From positions 1 to 64,000 of the IMG/VR virus record IMGVR_UViG_3300018890_000002: DNA of 64,000 nucleotides; one strand, written 5' to 3'. Below the pieces are notes generated by a model. That model was not told where the DNA came from and did not search any database. It saw only the letters and a program-made list of their open reading frames with translations. Origin of the DNA: a virus. Below are positions 40,090-48,901 of the stretch, piece by piece. Made by a program: the position numbers and the translations under genes. Within the stretch, counting starts at the first letter, position 1; each line of letters begins with the position of its first letter.

Positions 40090-40297
40090 TGATCCTTGGA
40101 GTAATCAAGAAGTAGCTATTAGTTTTGAAGATAATAATAATTGTCTTGAGGGTTACGTAGATGATAAAGGTAATGTAGCCCTTAAGTGGTCATCTAGTGT
40201 AGACCCATTAGATAATTCTAATATGTGTCTTATTGGGTCTTTGGTAGACGGAAAGTTAAATCTTAAATGGGTGAGAGAATATGAAATTTCTATCTAG
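40076..40297 (+). CDS. Hypothetical protein (same beta-hairpin family)
   Basis: GYVDDKGNV and IGSLVDGKL repeats. Confidence 0.6.
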   Translation: MNIPDDPWSNQEVAISFEDNNNCLEGYVDDKGNVALKWSSSVDPLDNSNMCLIGSLVDGKLNLKWVREYEISI

Positions 40298-40742
40298 TTT
40301 ATTCAGTCGGATGACCCGTCTTCGGAAGTGGTGGCAAAAAGAAGAGAATAATCGACTACAAGGAGATAAAAAGCAAGATGTAGTTTCTCCTATTACTTTT
40401 GTTTCTCAGCATGATTATCCACTGTGCTATAAGTATTGTGTTGATACACATAAATATAATGTCATAGGTACTATTGTTGATGAAGAGATTGTGTTTGATA
40501 AGATTTATCCATTACGAGATAATCACATTCCTAGAGCTTATCAGTATGTTTTCTTTCGCAAAGCGGTGCCAGACGCTATTAAGGAAGATAGGAAAGGTGA
40601 GCGAAGTGAGACAAACTTTAAGACATTTATTCCAAAGAATGTTCCACAACAAGTTAGGATTAATGAAGATACTAGCTATGTTATAGGGTTTTTGAGAAAT
40701 GGTAAGATTGTGTACTACGATCAATGTTTATTAGGAGAGTAA
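40281..40742 (+). CDS. Hypothetical protein, YYDQY paralog family
   Basis: IGFLRNGKIVYYDQC. Confidence 0.7.
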   Translation: MKFLSSLFSRMTRLRKWWQKEENNRLQGDKKQDVVSPITFVSQHDYPLCYKYCVDTHKYNVIGTIVDEEIVFDKIYPLRDNHIPRAYQYVFFRKAVPDAIKEDRKGERSETNFKTFIPKNVPQQVRINEDTSYVIGFLRNGKIVYYDQCLLGE

Positions 40743-40743
40743 T

Positions 40744-40977
40744 ATGAATTTGATTACCATAGTAGAGAAGTTAGATACTATTATTAAGCTATTAACTCCT
40801 CCATCCGTTACGAGTAGCAACGAGCATTCTCTTCAAAGTAGAGATATTACAGAAGCTAAGAAAAGAGAGTCGCAACTCCTTCGCTTAGTAGTTGAACGTA
40901 ACGCTAAAGGTAAGAGAGTAAGAGATGGCTATTTAAATGAAGATGGTAGTGTTGAGTGGATTAGGAGTTACAAATGA
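40744..40977 (+). CDS. Hypothetical protein (same family)
   Basis: RVRDGYLNEDGSVEW; AGGAG RBS. Confidence 0.65.
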   Translation: MNLITIVEKLDTIIKLLTPPSVTSSNEHSLQSRDITEAKKRESQLLRLVVERNAKGKRVRDGYLNEDGSVEWIRSYK

Positions 40978-41205
40978 ACAAAATACATAAGAGACCTACT
41001 ATTAGTAGGAACCGTAAGTGATAAGAGTAATATTATCTTTAATGAACCTAATAAAGTTATCCATTAAGTAGATTATGAATATCCAACTTTATATAATTAC
41101 AGAGAACTTTTAGTAGATATTTATGAAGGGGATTTTTGCTCTATTGGTTACTCTGATAATGGTAAAGTGATTTATTGGGGTCAATACGTTAAAGAGTATA
41201 TCTGA
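40974..41205 (+). pseudogene. Degraded paralog
   Basis: LLVGTVSDKSNIIF..H*VDYEYP..IGYSDNGKVIYWGQY with internal TAA. Confidence 0.55.
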
Positions 41206-41230
41206 TTTTTTTTAAATAGAGAAAATACAA

Positions 41231-41263
41231 GACTCCTTATTAATTAGTATTAGGGAGTTTTTT
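41231..41263 (+). terminator. Intrinsic terminator
   Basis: ACTCCTTA/TAGGGAGT hairpin followed by T-run. Confidence 0.75.
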
Positions 41264-41331
41264 GTTTTGGGGAATTGTTGTCTGCTTGCAATTATCTAAG
41301 TTACAATGTAGATTCATAATGAGGAATTAGT

Positions 41332-41661
41332 ATGAGAATTCAGCAACGCTATAAAGAACCAATCGAAGGACTTCATATTGAGACTGGTGGAAGTAGCTCG
41401 CTAGAGCCTCACTTTGGGATATTAGTATCTCCTCTAGCTAACTCAATTCCTGATACTCATCAACCATCTAATTTTAAGATTCTATTCGTCTTTAGTATTG
41501 CTACTTTCATTGGTTTATTTATTGGATGGTTCTTGACTAACTCAATAAATAATGAGAAGTTGAAGTCTGCGGAGTTGAATACTAATCTTGCTAAACTCAA
41601 TCTTGCTAAGAATCAAGAGCAGATAGATAATTTCTGTAGAGCAAACTCATCCTTAAGATAG
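41332..41661 (+). CDS. Single-TM protein
   Basis: ILFVFSIATFIGLFIGWFL followed by coiled coil. Confidence 0.7.
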   Translation: MRIQQRYKEPIEGLHIETGGSSSLEPHFGILVSPLANSIPDTHQPSNFKILFVFSIATFIGLFIGWFLTNSINNEKLKSAELNTNLAKLNLAKNQEQIDNFCRANSSLR

Positions 41662-41749
41662 CCAAGCTCAGCAGTATGAAACGATAAATAAGCAAACTCA
41701 TCCATTAGGTTCAGGGAGCATCTAAGTAGACAAAAAATAGGGTAAAGCA

Positions 41750-42358
41750 ATGGTTAAAAAAGCTAAGGACGTAAATCTTGGGTTAAGTAATGTTCCTAAA
41801 TGGTTGTCAGGAGTTAAGATTCCTTCGATTCTGGTAAAAACGTTCGGCATTAATCCAGGACAAATGGGAGGACTAACTTTAGATTCATTATCTCAAGCTA
41901 AGGCATTATCTGAAGGGGCATTACTCCAAGTAGAGATGGCTCATAAGTTCTTTGATTATTTGAAGAATATATGTGAATCTCATGAGGAAATAGAGAGACT
42001 CAGAGCTGATGCAGTTAAGCTAATGTACTCAACTAAGGAAAGAGAAGATAGTTCTATTATGTCTGCTCTTTTAGCTGAGACTAAATATCAGGAGCATTAT
42101 GAGACTTGGCAGCATAAATTAGCTGGTAGTCAAGAACTTATTAAGCAGAAAGGAAAGTTAGATAGAGATTATTTAACTGAGAATTTTAAGAATAAACTCT
42201 TAATAGCTATTGAGTTTGGTAAAAGGAAGAAAGAAAAATCAGATAACTCCGTTAAAGCGTTAAAAGCTAATAATGGAAAAGCAATTAAAGAAGATTTAGA
42301 AAGAGAAAAGCAATTGAAAGAAGCTAGAGCTAAATTTGACCAACTTATTAAGAGGTAA
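41750..42358 (+). CDS. Coiled-coil hypothetical protein
   Basis: 202 aa helical ORF. Confidence 0.75.
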   Translation: MVKKAKDVNLGLSNVPKWLSGVKIPSILVKTFGINPGQMGGLTLDSLSQAKALSEGALLQVEMAHKFFDYLKNICESHEEIERLRADAVKLMYSTKEREDSSIMSALLAETKYQEHYETWQHKLAGSQELIKQKGKLDRDYLTENFKNKLLIAIEFGKRKKEKSDNSVKALKANNGKAIKEDLEREKQLKEARAKFDQLIKR

Positions 42359-42363
42359 GAGTT

Positions 42364-42876
42364 ATGTATTTATATCCTATGGGGGATGATAATGGAAGTG
42401 CTATTGATCCTAAAAATATCTATAAGTCTGCTGAGATAATAGATGTTGAATCAGAACAGTATGAGGAAGAAGAACTTTTATCTCAGAATAATCAATATAA
42501 AAGAATTACTAAGCAATGGTTAATCTTACAAGAAGTTTCAAGAGCTATTTTATTCACTTCTGGAACATCTTGGATATTTTTAGTCTTTAGGTCTATTAAT
42601 TGGTTCCCGTTAGTCATAGGACTTAATATACTTTTTTTCTTAGCTATAGGAGTTATATTTTCTATGTCTTGGAGTAAGTTGAAGGTAATAGATAGAGTTA
42701 GGTTATTTGTGAGTGGAATAGCTACAGGCTTTGCTTCTGCTATTAGTGGTTCTGATATTCTTTATTTTTGGTTTATGAATAACCAAATATTAGCTTTATC
42801 TATAGTAGTTACTGTATTAGTGGTTCTTAGTCTTATAGGAATATTAGGCTATAGGACTAAAGTGTTGAGGTATTAA
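42364..42876 (+). CDS. Four-TM membrane protein
   Basis: Four hydrophobic helices after an acidic N-terminus. Confidence 0.75.
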   Translation: MYLYPMGDDNGSAIDPKNIYKSAEIIDVESEQYEEEELLSQNNQYKRITKQWLILQEVSRAILFTSGTSWIFLVFRSINWFPLVIGLNILFFLAIGVIFSMSWSKLKVIDRVRLFVSGIATGFASAISGSDILYFWFMNNQILALSIVVTVLVVLSLIGILGYRTKVLRY

Positions 42877-42877
42877 T

Positions 42878-43384
42878 ATGAAAAAGAACTTAAGAGCTAT
42901 TGGTATTTTCGTAGGATGTATAAGTGCTTCTTGTGCATTGATGGTACTATCTGCTCTTACTCCTAAACAAAATTTATATCTTATCAATAATCAAATTAAT
43001 ACTTTAACGACTAAGACTAACGATAAAAAAATACAATCTAACTATACTTTTTTAGCTTTTATATTACTCTCAGGAGCTATTCCATTTGCTGCTATGTCTT
43101 TATTAGTTGTGTCTAATAGATTACCAGAGATAGAGTTAGAAGCTGAGGAGTATAATAAGCAGAAAGAAATAAGAAGAATAAGAAAAAACTCCGAATTAGA
43201 AACTGAGAAGGAGTTATGTAATGCTAATAAAACTGTAACTGTCACTGCTCATGAGAAGAATTTAGAGAGTGCATTTGTTGAGTTAGCTGAAGCTAGTGAT
43301 TGGCATTATGTATCAGATAATGATGAGGAAGAAGTAAAAGATAGTAACTCATTAGTAATAGAAGATCAAAAAAAAAATTCTTGA
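42878..43384 (+). CDS. Two-TM membrane protein with coiled coil
   Basis: Two hydrophobic helices; ends in an A10 run. Confidence 0.75.
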   Translation: MKKNLRAIGIFVGCISASCALMVLSALTPKQNLYLINNQINTLTTKTNDKKIQSNYTFLAFILLSGAIPFAAMSLLVVSNRLPEIELEAEEYNKQKEIRRIRKNSELETEKELCNANKTVTVTAHEKNLESAFVELAEASDWHYVSDNDEEEVKDSNSLVIEDQKKNS

Positions 43385-44562
43385 ACTCTGAGAGATATCA
43401 CGAAAATAGACTACTAAATGATTTAGCTTACTCCGATAAGTCCATTATTATTAGTGGTTCTAACGGTTCAGGTAAGAGTCATACATTAAGTCTATATTTG
43501 AGATTGCTATATGAACAAGCTAGAAATAAGGATCAAGTTGCATCTACCTGGATATTAGCTAGAAAGAATGATAGTTTCTGTGGATTGAGAGAAGCAGATA
43601 AATTAGTTATCTTCAATACTTTAGACCCTAGTGAAGCTTTTAAGTTAATAGAGAAGACTTATAAAAACTTTCAAGCTCGACTTAAAGTAGTTGAAGAAGT
43701 AGATAGAGTTAATCTTCCACCTTTGAGATTAATATTAGAAGATTGGTCATCTACTGTAATGATACTTAAGAAAGCTCATAAAACTCTTTGGACTAAGATT
43801 GAGTTAATGCTTCTTGATATTATTACTGTTGGTAGAGAATATAATGTTTGCTTAGTAATCTTAACTCATACGATTGGTTTAGAAGCTTTAGGATTAGTGG
43901 TAGATTCAAATTTAAGAGCCAATCTTACTATTGTTGTTCAAGGTCTTATTAGAAATGAGTTAGGAAAGATTAAAGGAGACTATTTATTGATTGAGCTAGC
44001 TATTAAGAATCAGTTTATTGTTCCCGATAATTCATTGAGATCTGTTTATTTAACTCAAGTGAATGATTTGATACCTGAATCGAGAAAAGAACAAGTTCCT
44101 ATTTATTTCACTACTTTGGGAAATGGTGGAGTTGGTCTTCTTCCTTATATTCAAAAGTCTAATATTGATTTTACTGAGAGGGAGATAGATGAGGATTTAG
44201 TCTTTAGAAATAATAATGAGTTTAGGTTATCTGAGAAGTTAGAGGATGATGGGGATGTTAGAGATTCATTAGAGAGGTTATATGAGTTAGAGGAAGTGAA
44301 AGAAGAAATAGATGATATGATAGAGATGAAATCACAAGAAGATAGCGAGTTAGAAGAAAGTGAAATCATTTATTATACTGCTTTAAGACTTAATAAGAAA
44401 AATGCAATTGAGCTAATTTATAAGTTAAAGGTAGAAATGAAACATACACAGACTCAAATTATATGGATGTTATGGAATGCTAAACCAGGAGTAACTAAAG
44501 CTTATAAGAATGCTGTTAGCGAGTATAAAGAATTAATGAGGGATGAAATAAATGAAGAGTAA
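43381..44562 (+). CDS. FtsK/HerA-superfamily P-loop ATPase
   Basis: GSNGSGKS Walker A, LILEDW Walker B, GREYNVCLVILTH. Confidence 0.8.
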   Translation: MNSERYHENRLLNDLAYSDKSIIISGSNGSGKSHTLSLYLRLLYEQARNKDQVASTWILARKNDSFCGLREADKLVIFNTLDPSEAFKLIEKTYKNFQARLKVVEEVDRVNLPPLRLILEDWSSTVMILKKAHKTLWTKIELMLLDIITVGREYNVCLVILTHTIGLEALGLVVDSNLRANLTIVVQGLIRNELGKIKGDYLLIELAIKNQFIVPDNSLRSVYLTQVNDLIPESRKEQVPIYFTTLGNGGVGLLPYIQKSNIDFTEREIDEDLVFRNNNEFRLSEKLEDDGDVRDSLERLYELEEVKEEIDDMIEMKSQEDSELEESEIIYYTALRLNKKNAIELIYKLKVEMKHTQTQIIWMLWNAKPGVTKAYKNAVSEYKELMRDEINEE

Positions 44563-45172
44563 AGTTTCAGGTTACGTTTATATTGTTGGTGCAGTGGGAA
44601 CTCGATATTTTAAGATTGGCATTAGTCAAGAGTCAGTAATGAGAAGGTTGTGTAATCTTCAAACAGGTTCTCCTCTTAAATTAAGGTATGTTTATCATGG
44701 TTACGTAGCTAATATGTTTCAAACAGAAAAAGACTTACATAAGATATTTAGTTCTTTTCGTACTATTGGTGAATGGTTTTCTTTAACTACTGAGGGTGTA
44801 CAAGAATGTATTACTCTAATAAGGTTAATGCAGGTAGAGGAACAAAAAGAAGAAGTGAGTAAACCTATACTAATGGAGGAGGAAGATTTAGAAGAAGAAC
44901 CATTTTGTGATATTGCTTGGAATGTTAAATTAGTTAAAGAATATTACCCAAATACTTCTCTTGAAGATTTGTTCTTATCAATACGTAACTCAGCTTTATC
45001 TGGAAAAACTGCTAGATATATTATAAGAACTGTTTTAAAGTTTACTGATGGAAAAAACCATCCTACTAAGAGTTACACGAATCATGGAAAAACATTGTTG
45101 AAATGGTTGATAATAAATTATGACTTTAATGATGAAGTTTATAATTTACCTGAGATACAAAAGTTATTTTGA
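44552..45172 (+). CDS. GIY-YIG (T5orf172/MUG113-like) nuclease domain protein
   Basis: GYVYIV..YFKIGIS..RRLCNLQTGSP..EKDLH..GEWF. Confidence 0.85.
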   Translation: MKSKVSGYVYIVGAVGTRYFKIGISQESVMRRLCNLQTGSPLKLRYVYHGYVANMFQTEKDLHKIFSSFRTIGEWFSLTTEGVQECITLIRLMQVEEQKEEVSKPILMEEEDLEEEPFCDIAWNVKLVKEYYPNTSLEDLFLSIRNSALSGKTARYIIRTVLKFTDGKNHPTKSYTNHGKTLLKWLIINYDFNDEVYNLPEIQKLF

Positions 45173-45191
45173 TATTAACTAATACTCAATA

Positions 45192-45230
45192 AAAAAACTC
45201 CTTAACTTAATTGCTAGGGAGTTTCTTTTT
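45192..45230. terminator. Bidirectional intrinsic terminator
   Basis: A-run, AACTCCTTA/TAGGGAGTT hairpin, T-run; between convergent genes. Confidence 0.75.
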
Positions 45231-45233
45231 ATC

Positions 45234-45917
45234 TTAGTAAGACTCTATCTCTGTTATTGCTTTAGCGTTTATTACATTTATATCTTCTACTGCTCGTTTC
45301 TCTTGTTTCATATTTTGTTCTATTCGCTGTCTTTCCTCTAAGAGTTTTTTGATTTTTTCATCCATTGCTTGAGGGTTTTGTTTTAGTTTAGTTAGTTGTT
45401 TAGTTCTTTCTTTTGTTTGTATTTCTTCTAAGTGTTCTTGTAAGGATTCAGTTCCCATTATTGCTTTAGTTAATGTATGAACTTTTCCTATTACTTCAAC
45501 TATATCTTTTAAGTCTCTTGGATTGATTTGAGGCATTTCTTCTAGGTCATATCCTTCTTCGTTTGCACTCTTAAATGCTTGAGGATATTGATTGAAGTAT
45601 GCGTTAATTAGTTGTGCAGTCTTTCCTAGTTGAGCAAGAGCTAAAGTATCTGACATATTAGATTCACCTAATATTGATGTTACTTTACCTTCTGTCATCC
45701 TCCTTCTTAACTTAGAGTCTAAGAGGTTTCTTTGATGTGTCCATTTATCTCTATGAGCTTTGTCGGTTAGAGTATTAACTGATATTTCATGTTTTTCAGC
45801 TAATCGTTTCATTGTGTATGGTCTATGACATTCTATCCCTTCTTTATTGAGATAGATTTCTCCTACCATATAATCTAATCTGATTGAATCCCAATCCCAT
45901 TTTTTGGGGAACGGCAT
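45234..45917 (-). CDS. terS: Terminase small subunit (putative)
   Basis: WDSIRLDY..TMKRLAEKHEISVNTL..A.RDKW HTH followed by helical body. Confidence 0.65.
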   Translation of the reverse strand: MPFPKKWDWDSIRLDYMVGEIYLNKEGIECHRPYTMKRLAEKHEISVNTLTDKAHRDKWTHQRNLLDSKLRRRMTEGKVTSILGESNMSDTLALAQLGKTAQLINAYFNQYPQAFKSANEEGYDLEEMPQINPRDLKDIVEVIGKVHTLTKAIMGTESLQEHLEEIQTKERTKQLTKLKQNPQAMDEKIKKLLEERQRIEQNMKQEKRAVEDINVINAKAITEIESY

Positions 45918-46133
45918 ATATTATTCCTTGAATATCGTATAAATTTTTAGTCTTTCTATTTTATTTTACTTGCTTTTGAATAATTATATTTTGTGTATTG
46001 TTTTGGGTTGTTTATGTTGATTAGTTGTTAAAGGGTTTGGTGTTTAGTAACTCACACTTTCGTTGCATACGCACCTTCCCACATCCCAGCCACCTATTAC
46101 CTCTCAGCACTCACAGTCCTATAGCGTATCACT

Positions 46134-46162
46134 TGACAGCCTGTCCATCATCTGCTATCCTC
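46134..46162 (+). promoter_or_regulatory. sigma70-type promoter 1
   Basis: TTGACA-17-TATCCT with TG extension. Confidence 0.55.
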
Positions 46163-46220
46163 TATTACTCTTCATAAGCTCTACTTATAACTATAACCCT
46201 TACTCATTAGCTATTCTCAT

Positions 46221-46249
46221 TTGACGTATTCCCTATCATCTGTTACCCT
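46221..46249 (+). promoter_or_regulatory. sigma70-type promoter 2
   Basis: TTGACG-17-TACCCT with TG extension; shares ATCATCTG with promoter 1. Confidence 0.45.
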
Positions 46250-46647
46250 ATGATCCTTATATAAGTAGCTATCCCCGCTGTAAGCCGTTATCTGGTACGG
46301 CTTAGCACTACTATCCACACAGAGGCCTCTAACGTCGCATCCTAGCCACCTTATCTCTATATCCTATGTGTTCTATCTTTAGCTATATGACTAAGCTTAG
46401 ATAACCTACTAACTCTTATGACTTATAGTATGGTTGTAATATATAAGTAGTATACTAGGAGTTAGTCTTAAGACTATTAGGAACTCTAATGGCTTACCCC
46501 CTTTACAATACCTCTATTATCGTGCGAGTATAGATACATCGAATAAGAGAGACGGGCGAGCCAAGCTTAACCTTTACTCATAACTCGATTCAGAATCTTA
46601 ACCTCTAGGACATAAGCAAAACTCATAAGACAAAAGCTTAAAAAGAG

Positions 46648-46676
46648 TTGACATCTTAAGAGCAACCCGCTAGAGT
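46648..46676 (+). promoter_or_regulatory. sigma70-type promoter 3
   Basis: TTGACA-17-TAGAGT with A-rich UP region. Confidence 0.7.
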
Positions 46677-46682
46677 ATAGAG

Positions 46683-47348
46683 AGTTAAGAAACCACAAGC
46701 CCGCTGAGTGCTGGCATTACATTATCGGAAAGACTCGGATCTGAGTGATCCCTAAGTCAATCCATCCCCTCGGATCTAGGCTGCTTTTAAAGTTGTCTAG
46801 CCCGAAAGGGAAAAACTACAGTTACATCTTGCGGTCAAACTTTCTCTTATGAGTTAGCTCGATCGTAATAGGTTGGCCTCACAGGCTGAATAACTTCGAG
46901 GCTGTTTTCGAGTCAATCCTTCGGGATAGTCACTCCAATAGCTAGACATAATTTAATAAATAAGAGTTAACGCTTGAAAGTCTGGCGGTTTGCTCATCTT
47001 AGAAATTGGTAACTGAGATGAACAAAGCTACTTAAAGATTAGAGAGTATTACTCCAACAGAACCTAGACAACCAAATAGTTTTACCTGCAATGGTAGCTT
47101 GACAAGCAATCTCGCTTTATACCATTATCTGCGGTAAGTAAGTTTTAACTCTAATTTCTATGGGTTACTAACTACTGAGACAAAGATAATCAAATGATAC
47201 AAGTACAGTATAAAGCACTAAAACATCTATCCCTATTTTCAACTAGCAATTGATTAGGGAGTGCGATAGATGGAGATTAAGCGAAGTAATAGGCGATCGA
47301 AAGTACAAAAGTATAGACGATCTATGGTTCGATTCCCCTAGCAGGTAT
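46683..47348 (+). ncRNA. Candidate large structured ncRNA / leader ending in a tRNA-like domain
   Basis: No ORF of 60 aa or more; dense hairpins (CCC-GAAA-GGG, ATCC-TTCG-GGAT); long-range helices; terminal GGTTCGATTCC T-loop. Confidence 0.6.
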
Positions 47349-47383
47349 TACCGGTAAACTATCCCCGGTGACAAGTGAGAAAA

Positions 47384-47779
47384 ATGACTACTCAAAAAGA
47401 ACAAATCGATCTATCTCGTTTTTTTCCCTCTCAATGGTTGCAAGATGATTACACACTTAAAGCAAGCGAGACAGACCCGGAGGAAGAAGTTAAAATTCAG
47501 AAAGTCGAGATAGTGGAAACACTCCCCACAGTACGCAACACTGTCAAAGGGCGACTACCTGAGTATTTAAAGCTCCTTTTCATCCTTTCCTCTATGAGCT
47601 ATAAGACAGAGGATAACAAAGCTAGTTATCGAATCCTTATCTGTAACAAATCACCCAACACCTCAACCGCTTATGATTCTTTTTACTTAGTTCTAGACAC
47701 TAAGAACAACTACCGAGGTTTTGCAGACAGTGAGTTAAAAGCTTGTGAGTTAGCTGAACTGATTATCAAGAAACCTTAA
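47384..47779 (+). CDS. Hypothetical early protein
   Basis: ORF; ATG at 47384 preferred. Confidence 0.7.
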   Translation: MTTQKEQIDLSRFFPSQWLQDDYTLKASETDPEEEVKIQKVEIVETLPTVRNTVKGRLPEYLKLLFILSSMSYKTEDNKASYRILICNKSPNTSTAYDSFYLVLDTKNNYRGFADSELKACELAELIIKKP

Positions 47780-47881
47780 CTCTAATCTAATCACTGCTGT
47801 ATAGTTCGTTGCTATGCAGTGGTATTTCTCCCCTATACCGTTAAAACTGGGGAGATGTTAACCAAACACAAAGGATCTAAA

Positions 47882-48328
47882 ATGTCTAACACTATCCCAG
47901 TAATTGATTCTACATCTAATCTCTGCCAGCATCAATTCGAGAATCGCTACTCTATCTACTGTCATGATCCCTTTGAAAACCAACCTATCAGCAATGAATT
48001 AATCGAGCAATTAGCTACTCAGTTAAGTGCAATTAGCCCTGTAATAGTTACTACCAAAATGGCTAGCGGTAGAATTGGTAAGTTTTTAACGGCGGATAGT
48101 TTCGATGTCTTACAGAACCAAGTCAATCAGAAGGAGGAGAATAAAGACTTTTTAGCAGAAGGGTTTAGGGGTTACTTACTAGACATCACTCACTCAGCGT
48201 TTTATAAAGGTTATCCCAAACTATTCTGGATTAATTTTGATATTGACAGAGTAGACTTAGAACTTTTTGAATATGGCGAAATAGGTTATTATCAACTGAT
48301 TAACAGGTTTGCAGTTCCTAGAATTTAA
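47882..48328 (+). CDS. Hypothetical early protein
   Basis: AAGGA RBS before MSNTIP at 47882. Confidence 0.7.
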   Translation: MSNTIPVIDSTSNLCQHQFENRYSIYCHDPFENQPISNELIEQLATQLSAISPVIVTTKMASGRIGKFLTADSFDVLQNQVNQKEENKDFLAEGFRGYLLDITHSAFYKGYPKLFWINFDIDRVDLELFEYGEIGYYQLINRFAVPRI

Positions 48329-48429
48329 CCCTTCACTACTCCTATAGTCTGTCGTTAGCTATAGGGGCATTGATACCTAACACCGATAAAACTAGGTATT
48401 TTATCCACCAATACTTAGGAAGAAAGACA

Positions 48430-48789
48430 ATGACTGATATAGAAAAGTTAGAAGCAATTCTTGAGATGAGAGGGAGAACGCTGCCGACAATTCAAAGAGT
48501 AGGGGAAGTAGTTAAAAGTGAAAGATGTAAAATGTGGCATCATCTAGCAATTGTTAACATTACATCATACGGTATAGGTTATATTCTAACAGTTGACAAA
48601 ACCCATCCGACTCTTAAGTATCACTACATCGCTGTTACTGCGGATTATGAACCAATAGGGATCTACAAATATATAGAAGATGCTCAACATTTTCTAGTAG
48701 GGGATCTAAAATACGCAGCAGTTCTCGGAGGTAAAAGTCAGGAAGCCAAACCTAGACCTTATGATGCTGTGTTAGGTGGCAAGAGATAG
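48430..48789 (+). CDS. Hypothetical early protein
   Basis: Start MTDIEK at 48430; C-terminal AVLGGK duplication. Confidence 0.65.
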   Translation: MTDIEKLEAILEMRGRTLPTIQRVGEVVKSERCKMWHHLAIVNITSYGIGYILTVDKTHPTLKYHYIAVTADYEPIGIYKYIEDAQHFLVGDLKYAAVLGGKSQEAKPRPYDAVLGGKR

Positions 48790-48795
48790 TTAATT

Positions 48796-48861
48796 TTCTC
48801 AGACTCAATGGTGAGAGATAGTGCAATCATTATCTACTAGGTTCGATCCCTAGCTGAGATC
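48796..48861 (+). ncRNA. tRNA-like cloverleaf without canonical anticodon loop
   Basis: TCTCAG/CTGAGA; CTC-AATGGT-GAG; AGATAGTG-CAAT-CATTATCT; CTAGG-TTCGATC-CCTAG. Confidence 0.75.
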
Positions 48862-48901
48862 TTCCCTATATGGGAGTTCACTTAAGACAAAGGAGAATAT
48901 C

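Noticed and set aside
47083-47348. tmRNA interpretation of the tRNA-like domain with long insert
   Set aside because: No G3-U70 alanine identity pair, no GGGG 5' end or CCA, and no evident tag ORF.
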